A DNA stretch of 64,000 nt, taken from Balanoglossus misakiensis. Its lineage: Eukaryota > Animalia > Hemichordata. The DNA is taken from assembly GCA_040954595.2 (NCBI GenBank), contig CM082588.2, positions 11,731,398 to 11,795,397 of the forward strand, written 5' to 3'. Positions 1-9,686 of this stretch are shown piece by piece (the stretch's first letter is position 1; every line of letters begins with the position of its first letter). Under the pieces are notes generated by a model, which ran no database searches, had not been told where the DNA came from, and worked only from the letters and a program-made list of their open reading frames with translations. A program made the translations under genes and the position numbers.

Positions 1-3000
1 CGGGTAGAGATACTTTCCACACGGATTTCTAACATTGAATTCCCGTTCATCAACTCAGATTTCCTACAAGTCGGCTAAAACCCTGACACTCTAGAACAGA
101 AACAGTTGCACACTGGTAACGTTGAACAAGTCGATTTTTCTACGGCCTGGCTCGGCTAAATCTCCGTCACAATATGACAGACACTAGCGTAGGTTAGCAA
201 CGGTGATCAAGTCAGATTTTCTACGGCATGGCTTGGATAAAGCCCCGGCACTCCAGAGCAGAAACACGCGTACAGAGACCACGCTGATCAAGTCTGATCT
301 CCTACGGCTTGGTTCGACTAAAACCCCGGCACACTATGACAGACACTAGCGTTCGTTAGCAACGTTGATCAAGTCAGATTTCCTACGGCATGGCTTGGCT
401 AAAGCCCTGGCACTCTAGAGCAGAAACACGCGTACAGAAACCACGTTGATCTACTCACATTTCCTTCGGCCTGGCACGGCTGATGCCCCGGCAGTATATA
501 TAGGACACAGACTTGCGTAAGTTAACAACGGTAATCACGTCGGGTTTCCTACGGCCTGGCTCAGCTGAAGCCCCGGCACTCTAGAGCAGAAACAGGCGTA
601 CATTGACCACGTTGATCAAATCAGATTCCTACGGCGTGACTCCGCTGGTGCACCGGCTCTATATGACACAGACTGGCGTAAGTTATCAACGGTGATTACG
701 TCGGATTTCCTACGGCCTGGTTTAGCTCAAGCCCCGGCACTTTAGAGCGGAAACACGCGTACATTGACCACGATGATCAAGTCAGATCTCCTACGGCTTG
801 GCTCGACTAAAACCCCGGCACACTATGACAGACACTAGCGTTCGTTAGCAACGTTGATCAATTCAGATTTCCTACGGCATGGCTTGGCTAAAGCCCTGGC
901 ATTCTAGAGCAGAAACACGCGTACAGAGACCACATTGATCTACTCACATTTCCTTAGGCCTGGCACGGCTGATGCCCCGCACTATATATAGGACACAGAC
1001 TGGCGTAAGTTATCAACGGTGATTACGTCGGATTTCCTACGGCCTGGTTTAGCTGAAGCCCCGGCACTTTAGAGCGGAAACACGCGTACATTGACCACGA
1101 TGATCCAGTCAGATCTCCTACGGCCTGGCTCGACTAAAACCCCGGCACACCATGACAGACACTAGCGTTCGTTAGCAACGGTGATCAAGTCGGATTTCCT
1201 TCGGCCTGGCTCTGCAAAACACCCGACACTCTAGTACAAAGACGTTGGCTAAGTCGGGCAAACCGAAGAGGGAAAGTCACAGCGGGTCAACACTCGACAT
1301 TTGTTCCGGTAGGACTACATTATTGCCTGTCAATTTATAGAGAAAGCCCGAATTTAACCAGGGCGTTTCAAACACCGACGTTAGTTGGGGGCACGGCCTG
1401 CAGTACTGACGGGTAAGCTGACATCGGCGTACCGCATTTAATGTAGGGGGGGGGGGGGAACAGAACGGTTCAATACTATATTTATTAGATATCAGCTACT
1501 TTTGGACAATCATCTAAAATCTAAATCATTTTTTCATATTTGGATATCTGATGATGGATGAAATTTCCATTATATGTAAAAATGGTGCTGATTATAAAAA
1601 ATGCACTCTGAATGAGCTGATTTAATACAAAATTGCGTTTTATTCGTTTTTGCACCAAAAAGGTCATTTTTAGGGAAACATTCTTTATTCTTTAAATTCG
1701 GTGACCTGATCATATATAAACAATTGCTTGTATGTTAAAAGTTTTAATGACTTTTAAAAGCAGTGACACTGGCGGCATTCAACACGAAAATAACAATTTT
1801 AGCCACAATTCGGTCAAAATGGTAAATTTTTGAAAATTACAAAAAATACCTGTTTTCTACATTTTCGGAAATCTGATGGAGTAAAGAATGCTCTTCGTAT
1901 ACATATATCGATACAAATTCCACAAAAAACGGCCAATTTGGCTCACTGCAGACAAAATTGCGTTTTACCAAATTTTCCTTGAAAATGTCTTTTTTAGAAA
2001 AAAAAATAAGAAAAACCTTTGTTCTTCGAATTTGGTGCCCTGATCATATATGACATGTTGATTGTATGTTAAAACTTTCGACCACTCCAAAAATGCAGAG
2101 ATATTGACGGAATTCAAGAAAAAATAGCCATTTTGGCCATATTTTGACAAAAATGGTAAATTTTTAAAAAATCATAAAAAATTAACTCTTTTCTTCATTT
2201 TCGGAAATATTATGGAGCATGCAGTGTCGTTCTCTTGTAAAAAGTGCTGCAAATTCCAGAAAAGGCGGTATAATTTGAATCACCCAAGACAAAATTACCA
2301 TTTTCGACTTTTTTTCGAAATATTGTTTTTTTACAAAATAAATAAGAATAAATTCTTTTCTTAGTTCCAAACGGGTAGAGATACTTTCCACACGGATTTC
2401 TAACATTGAATTCCCGTTCATCAACTCAGATTTCCTACAAGTCGGCTAAAACCCTGACACTCTAGAACAGAAACAGTTGCACACTGGTAACGTTGAACAA
2501 GTCGATTTTTTTACGGCCTGGCTCGGCTAAATCTCCGTCACAATATGACAGACACTAGCGTAGGTTAGCAACGGTGATCAAGTCAGATTTTCTACGGCAT
2601 GGCTTGGATAAAGCCCCGGCACTCCAGAGCAGAAACACGCGTACAGAGACCACGCTGATCAAGTCTGATCTCCTACGGCCTGGCTCGGCTAAATCTCCGT
2701 CACAATATGACAGACACTATCGTACGTTAGCAACGGTGATCAAGTCAGATTTTCTACGGCATGGCTTGGATAAAGCCCCGGCACTCTAGAGCAGAAACAC
2801 GCGTACAGAGACCACGTTGATCTACTCACATTTCCATCGGCCTGGCACGGCTGATGCCCCGGCACTATATATAGGACACAGACTGGCGTAAGTTAACAAC
2901 GGTAATCACGTCGGGTTTCCTACGGCCTGGCTCAGCTGAAGCCCCGGCACTCTAGAGCAGAAACAGGCGTACATTGACCACGTTGATCAAATCAGATTCC

Positions 3001-5259
3001 TACGGCGTGACTCCGCTGGTGCACGGGCTCTATATGACACAGACTGGCGTAAGTTATCAACGGTGATTACGTCGGATTTCCTACGGCCTGGTTTAGCTCA
3101 AGCCCCGGCACTTTAGAGCGGAAACACGCGTACATTGACCACGATGATCAAGTCAGATCTCCTACGGCTTGGCTCGACTAAAACCCCGGCACACTATGAC
3201 AGACACTAGCGTTCGTTAGCAACGTTGATCAATTCAGATTTCCTACGGCATGGCTTGGCTAAAGCCCTGGCATTCTAGAGCAGAAACAGGCGTACAGAGA
3301 CCACATTGATCTACTCACATTTCCTTAGGCCTGGCACGGCTGATGCCCCGCACTATATATAGGACACAGACTGGCGTAAGTTAACAACGGTAATCACGTC
3401 GGGTTTCCTACGGCCTGGCTCAGCTGAAGCCCCGGCACTCTAGAGCAGAAACAGGCGTACATTGACCACGTTGATCAAATTAGATTCCTACGGCGTGACT
3501 CGGCTGGTGCACCGGCTCTATATGACACAGACTGGCGTAAGTTATCAACGGTGATTACGTCGGATTTCCTACGGCCTGGTTTAGCTGAAGCCCCGGCACT
3601 TTAGAGCGGAAACACGCGTACATTGACCACGATGATCCAGTCAGATCTCCTACGGCCTGGCTCGACTAAAACCCCGGCAAACCATGACAGACACTAGCGT
3701 TCGTTAGCAACGGTGATCAAGTCGGATTTCCTTCGGCCTGGCTCTGCAAAACACCCGACACTCTAGTACAAAGACGTTGGCTAAGTCGGGCAAACCGAAG
3801 AGGGAAAGTCACAGCGGGTCAACACTCGACATTTGTTCCGGTAGGACTACATTATTGCCTGTCAATTTATAGAGAAAGCCCGAATTTAACCAGGGCGTTT
3901 CAAACACCGACGTTAGTTGTGGGCACGGCCTGCAGTACTGACGGGTAAGCTGACATCGGCGTACCGCATTTAATGTAGGGGGGGGGGGGAACAGAACGGT
4001 TCAATACTATATTTATTAGATATCAGCTACTTTTGGACAATCATCTAAAATCTAAATCATTTTTTCATATTTGGATATCTGATGATGGATGAAATTTCCA
4101 TTATATGTAAAAATGGTGCTGATTATAAAAAATGCACTCTGAATGAGCTGATTTAATACAAAATTGCGTTTTATTCGTTTTTGCACCAAAAAGGTCATTT
4201 TTAGGGAAACATTCTTTATTCTTTAAATTCGGTGACCTGATCATATATAAACAATTGCTTGTATGTTAAAAGTTTTAATGACTTTTAAAAGCAGTGACAC
4301 TGGCGGCATTCAACACGAAAATAACAATTTTAGCCACAATTCGGTCAAAATGGTAAATTTTTGAAAATTACAAAAAATACCTGTTTTCTACATTTTCGGA
4401 AATCTGATGGAGTATAGAATGCTCTTCGTATACATATATCGATACAAATTCCACAAAAGACCGTCTAATTTGGCTCACTGCAGACAAAATTGCGTTTTAC
4501 CAAATTTTCCTTTAAAATGTCATTTTTAGAAAAAAAAATAAAAAAACTTTTGTTCTTCAAATGTGGTGCCCTGATCATATATGACATGTTGATTGTATGT
4601 TAAAACTTTCGACCACTCCAAAAATGCAGAGATATTGACGGAATTCAAGAAAAAATAGCCATTTTGGCCATATTTTGACAAAAATGGTAAATTTTTAAAA
4701 AATCATAAAACATTAACTATTTTCTTCATTTTCGGAAATATTATGGAGCATGAAGTGTCGTTCTCTTGTAAAAAGTGCTGCAAATTCCAGAAAAGGTGGT
4801 ATAATTTGAATCACCCAAGACAAAATTACCATTTTCGACTTTTTTTCGAAAAATTGTCTTTTTAACAAAATAAATAAGAATAAATTATTTTCTTAGTTTC
4901 AAACGGGAAGAGATACTTTCCACACGGGTTTTCTAACATTGAATTCCCGTTCATCAACTCAGATTTCCTAGAGCATAAGTCAGCTAAAACCCTGACACTC
5001 TAGAGCAGAAACAGTTGCACACTGGTAACGTTGAACAAGTCGATTTTTCTACGGCCTGGCTCGGCTAAATCTCCGTCACAGTATGACAGACACTAGCGTA
5101 CGTTAGCAACGGTGATCAAGTCAGATTTTCTACGGCATGGCTTGGATAAAGCCCCGGCACTCTAGAGCAGAAACACGCGTACAGAGACCACGTTGATGAA
5201 GTCTGATCTCCTACGGCTTGGCTCGACTAAACCCCGGCACACTATGACAGACACTAGCG

Positions 5260-5280
5260 TTATTATTATTATTATTATTA
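5260..5280 (-). repeat. (TAA)7 microsatellite tail of the LINE insertion
   Basis: (TTA)7 on the plus strand, overlapping and abutting the left TSD copy. Confidence 0.93.
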
Positions 5281-5448
5281 AGAATTGTTTAAAATGCGCT
5301 ACACATACGTCTCAGCGCATTGTGCACAGCTAAAACAGTAGATTAAAAAATACAAGGCTGGTAAAAATAGTTAAAAGGACACAATCGAACACGTTACACA
5401 TAAAACCGAGTAAAAAGGTATGTTTTCAAATTACGCTTAAAAATATTG
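5262..5448 (-). mobile_element. 5'-truncated non-LTR retrotransposon (L2/CR1-type LINE) 3' end, 187 bp
   Basis: Interrupts the satellite consensus ACTAGCGTT|CGTTAGC with a 6-bp duplication AGCGTT (5256-5261, 5449-5454). The minus strand reads an ORF2-like C-terminus NIFKRNLKTYLFTRFYV*, a short 3' UTR, the stem-loop AATGCGCT..AGCGCATT (5293-5321) and a (TAA)n tail. Confidence 0.88.
5394..5447 (-). pseudogene. C-terminal remnant of LINE ORF2 (NIFKRNLKTYLFTRFYV*)
   Basis: Translated by hand from the minus strand, with the stop TAA at 5396-5394. FKxxLKTxLF is the motif that typically ends ORF2 proteins of L2/CR1-group elements. Confidence 0.8.
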
Positions 5449-5583
5449 AGCGTTCGTTAGCAACGTTGATCAAGTCAGATTTTCTACGGCATGGCTTGGA
5501 TAAAGCCCCGGCACTCAAGAGCAGAAACACGCGTACAGAGACCACGTTGATCAAGTCTGATCTCCTACGGCTTGGCTCTACTA

Positions 5584-5900
5584 GTCCTGTTTCAAAATGA
5601 CCTACATTACACGTCCTATGCACATGTATTGCATGTTCTGATTGGTTTATCCGCTTCTCTAAGGTCCACTTGTGGCACGCTGATTGGAGGGACCTTATGT
5701 GTTAGGTCTTATTACTATGTATTATTCACTTTACAGCTCCCTGATTGGTTATTGTGTAGGTCTGGTCCTCCAGTGTTCACTGCCTCATTATGCAGGACCT
5801 TGTAGGTTAGGTCTTATTAATATGTATTTATTCACCATACAGCTCCCTGATTGGTTAACGTGTCAGTCTGGTCCCCCCAGTGTTCACTGCCTCATTGTGA
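5584..5900 (+). repeat. Left long inverted arm with ~106-bp internal tandem repeats
   Basis: TAGGTCTTATTA at ~5703 and ~5808; CAGCTCCCTGATTGGTT at ~5734 and ~5840. AGGTCCACTTGTGGCACGCTGATTGGAGGGACCTTATGTGTTAGGTCTTATTA (5662-5714) is mirrored at ~6897-6949. Confidence 0.88.
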
Positions 5901-6677
5901 AATGTCCCATGTGCTTCCTGGCTAGCGTTGTGGTAACACATTATTCGGTTTGTCCGCAGATCGTTCATTGATTTTCTGAGAAATAGCCTGACTGATACTA
6001 TCTCCAACATAAACCGCACCCTGGAAAGATTAAATGATCATTTAGATGGACTTTGAAAATCTGATTTACTCATCTAAGCATTTTTGCTAACAGTTGTATA
6101 TTTTTTTAATCACCCTCCTACTTCTCATCATCAATTTTATTATTGTTGTTATTACTATTTTAAAGTAAATTTGTTTTGACGAAGATGTTGTGATAAGGAC
6201 CACGTTGTCCGTTTATACATTCCTATATTGTTTTCATAAAAATGGAACTATGACGGTGCAGCTTCGTGAAAGAAGTACAATAAAAGTTATCATACCTGCA
6301 AAGCAACTAATGAGGTATCCCAAAGAAATGCAATGCTATTCTAAACAATTTTTGGTTTGCTCGAATGAATAGCACACACTTCGTATTCAGCCAGGTGTTC
6401 CACAAAGTGATGCGCTGAAAGACATTACGTAACAAAACACTAGCCCATTTCAACAAACCGCCCCTGGAAATAAAATACTAAATTTCTCCTGGCAATTTTT
6501 ATTTCGAGTATCTAGTTCACAGTATCACATAAAATGCCATGAATAGTGAAGGAAAAGGTGAAATCCAATCAGTATATGAGTGCCTTTCTTTATACATTGG
6601 GATCGAGCTTCGACCACGCGCAGGCAGCATGCCAGACAGAATACAACAACTGTATTCAGAAAGTACAAAAGACTTTG

Positions 6678-7017
6678 CATAACGAGGCAGTGAAATCTGG
6701 AGACCTACACATTAACCAATCAGGGAGCTGAAAATTGAATAAATACATATTAATAAGACCTAACTTACAAGGTCCTGCATAATGAGGCAGTGAACACTGG
6801 AGGACCAGACCTACACATTAACCAATCAGGGAGCTGTATAGCAATTAATACATAGTAATAAGACCTAACCTACAAGGTCTAGTGAATAATACAAAATAAT
6901 AAGACCTAACACATAAGGTCCCTCCAATCAGCGTGCCGCAAGTGGACCTAAGATTACCAGATGGACCAATCACAGATGTCGGTACATATGTCATGGACCT
7001 GACTTATGAAACAGGAC
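6678..7017 (-). repeat. Right long inverted arm with ~106-bp internal tandem repeats
   Basis: AACCAATCAGGGAGCTG at ~6714 and ~6820; TAATAAGACCTAAC at ~6751, ~6856 and ~6897. These are reverse complements of the left-arm motifs. Confidence 0.88.
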
Positions 7018-8792
7018 TACTAAAACCCCGGCACACTATGACAGACACTAGCGTTCGCTAGCAACGTTGATCAAGTCAGATTTCCTACGGCATGGCTTTG
7101 CTAAAGCCCTGACACTCTAGAGCAGAAACACGCGTACAGAGACCACGTTGATCTACTCACATTTCCTTCGGCCTGGCACGGCTGATGCCCCGGCACTATA
7201 TATAGGACACAGACTGGCGTAAGTTAACAACTGTAATCACGTCGGGTTTCCTACGGCCTGGCTCAGCTGAAGCCCCGGCACTCTAGAGCAGAAACAGGCG
7301 TACATTGACCACGTTGATCAATTCAGATTTCCTACGGCGTGACTCGGCTGGTGCACCGGCTCTATATGACACAGATTGGCGTAAGTTATCAACGGTGATT
7401 ACGTCGGATTTCCTACGGCCTGGTTTAGCTGAAGCCCCGGCACTTTAGAGCGGAAACACGCGTACATTGACCACGATGATCAAGTCAGATCTCCTACGGC
7501 CTGGCTCGACTAAAACCCCGGCACACCATGACAGACACTAGCGTTCGTTAGCAACGGTGATCAAGTCGGATTTCCTTCGGCCTGACTCTGCAAAAGACCC
7601 GACACTCTAGTACAAAGACGTCGGCTAAGTCGGGCAAACCGAAGAGGGAAAGTCACAGCGTGTCAACACTCGACATTTGTTCGGGTAGGACTGCATTATT
7701 GCCTGTCAATTTATAGAGAAAGCCCGAATTTAACCAGGGCGTTTCAAACACCGACGTTAGGTGGGGGCACGGCCTGCAGTACTGCCGGGTAAGCTGACAT
7801 CGGCGTACCGCATATAATGTAGGTGAGGGGGGGGAACAGAACGGTTCAATACTACATTTATTAGATATCAGCTAATTTTGGACAATCATCTAAAATCTAA
7901 ATCATTTTTTCATATTTGGATATCTGGTGATGTATGAAATTTCCATTATATGTAAAAATGGTGCTGATTATAAAAAAATGCACTCTGAATGAGGTTATTT
8001 AATACAAAATTGCGTTTTATTCGTTTTTGCACCAAAAAGGTCATTTTTAGGCCAAACATTCTTTATTTTTTTTAATTCGGTGACCTGATCATATATAAAC
8101 AATTGCTTGTATGTTAAAAGTTTTTATGACTTTTAAAAGCAGTGACACTGGCGGCATTCAACACGAAAATAACAATTTTAGCCATAATTTGGTCAAAATG
8201 GTAAATTTTTTAAAATTACAAAAAATACCTGTTTTCTACATTTTCGGAAATCTGATGGAGTATAGAATGCTCTTCGTATGTATATATCGATACAAATTCC
8301 ACAAAAGACCGTCTAATTTGGCTCACTGCAGACAAAATTGCGTTTTACCAAATTTTCCTTGAAAATGTCATTTTTAGAAAAAATAATAAAAAACCTTTGT
8401 TCTTCGAATTTAGTGCCTGATCATATATGACATGTTGATTGTATGTTAAAACTTTCGACCACTCCAAAAATGCAGAGATATTGACGGAATTCAAGAAAAA
8501 ATAGCCATTTTGGCCATATTTTGACAAAAATGGTAATTTTTTAAAAAATCATAAAAAATTAACTCTTTTCTTCATTTTCGGAAATATTATGGAGCATGAA
8601 GTGTCGTTCTCTTGTAAAAAGTGCTGCAAATTCCAGAAAAGGCGGTATAATTTGAATGACCCAAGACAAAATTACCATTTTCGACTTTTTTTCGAAAAAT
8701 TGTCTTGTTTTACAAAATAAATAAGAATAAATTCTTTTCTTAGTTTCAAACGGGTAGAGATACTTTACACACGGGTTTTCTAACATTGAATT

Positions 8793-9686
8793 CCCGTTCA
8801 TCAACTCAGATTTCCTACAGCACAAGTCGGCTAAAACCCTGACACTCTAGAGCAGAAACAGTTGCACACTGGTAACGTTGAAAAAGTCGATTTTTCTACG
8901 GCCTGGCTCGGCTAAATCTCCGTCACAATATGACAGACACTAGCGTAAGTTAGCAACGGTGATCAAGTCAGATTTTCTACGGCATAGCTCGGATAAAGCC
9001 CCGGCACTCTAGAGCAGAAACACGCGTACAGAGACCACGTTGATCAAGTCTGATCTCCTACGGCTTGGCTCGACTAAAACCCCGACACACTATGACAGAC
9101 ACTAGCGTTCGTTAGCAACGTTGATCAAGTCAGATTTCCTACGGCATGGCTTGGCTAAAGCCCTGGCACTCTAGAGCAGAAACACGCGTACAGAGACCAC
9201 GTTGATCTACTCACATTTCCTTCGGCCTGGCACGGCTGATGCCCCGGCATTATATATAGGACACAGACTGGCGTAAGTTAACAACGGTAATCACGTCGGG
9301 TTTCCTACGGCCTGGCTCAGATGAAGCCCCGGCACTCTAGAGCAGAAACAGGCGTACAGTGACCACGTTGATCAAGTCAGATTTCCTACGGCGTGACTCG
9401 GCTGGTGCACCGGCTCTATATGACACAGACTGGCGTAAGTTATCAACGGTGATTACGTCGGATTTCCTACGGCCTGGTTTAGCTGAAGCCCCGGCACTTT
9501 AGAGCGGAAACACGCGTACATTGACCACGATGATCAAGTCAGATCTCCTACGGCCTGGCTCGACTAAACCCCGGCACACCATGACAGACACTAGCGTTCG
9601 TTAGCAACGGTGATCAAGTCGGATTTCTTTCGGCCTGGCTCTGCAAAAGACCCGACACATTAGTACAAAGACGTTGGCTAAGTCGG
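8793..9686. repeat. 81-bp monomer block of a representative modal unit: ~11 monomers alternating B/A (162-bp dimer)
   Basis: The core ACG(T/G)TGATCAAGTCAGATTTCCTACGGC recurs every 80-85 bp (CCT(A/T)CGG at 301, 382, 463, 548, 628, 709, 790 in the first unit). Tails alternate between CTCTAGAGCAGAAACACGCGTACA (B) and ATGACAGACACTAGCGTTCGTTAGCA or ATGACACAGACTGGCGTAAGTTA (A). The first and last monomers are degenerate. Confidence 0.96.

Larger units (their letters stand above)
5584..7017. mobile_element. Non-autonomous DNA transposon (long-TIR, MITE/foldback-like), 1434 bp
   Basis: Ends GTCCTGTTTCA (5584-5594) and TGAAACAGGAC (7007-7017) are exact reverse complements, flanked by TACTA at 5579-5583 and 7018-7022. 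Removing the element plus one TACTA restores GGCTC(T)ACTAAAACCCC (consensus GGCTCGACTAAAACCCC). No transposase-length ORF inside. Confidence 0.92.

Noticed and set aside
190-1260. CRISPR-like or guide-RNA array (conserved ~28-bp core plus variable segment)
   Set aside because: The variable segments are homologous to each other, fall into two types and recur in the same order in every unit. There are no unique spacers and no cas or other effector gene, and the context is eukaryotic.
1247-1300. Pol III A-box (TGGCTAAGTCGG) and B-box-like GG(G/T)TCAACAC, suggesting a tRNA or SINE head
   Set aside because: The A-box is a degenerate copy of the monomer core (TTGATCAAGTCGG), the B-box matches only in a minority of units, and no cloverleaf could be folded.
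2574-2789. 27-aa repeat protein from the 81-bp monomers (81 = 27 codons), with RKSDL on the minus strand faintly like a C2H2 helix
   Set aside because: The plus frame is open only where CTCTAG and CTAGCG happen to be mutated. Monomers of 80 and 85 bp break the frame, and there is no Cys/His spacing of a zinc finger.
5572-6731. ORFs inside the TIR element as transposase fragments
   Set aside because: All are under 100 aa, two lie in the repetitive arm, and none shows a recognisable DDE, HTH or zinc-finger motif.
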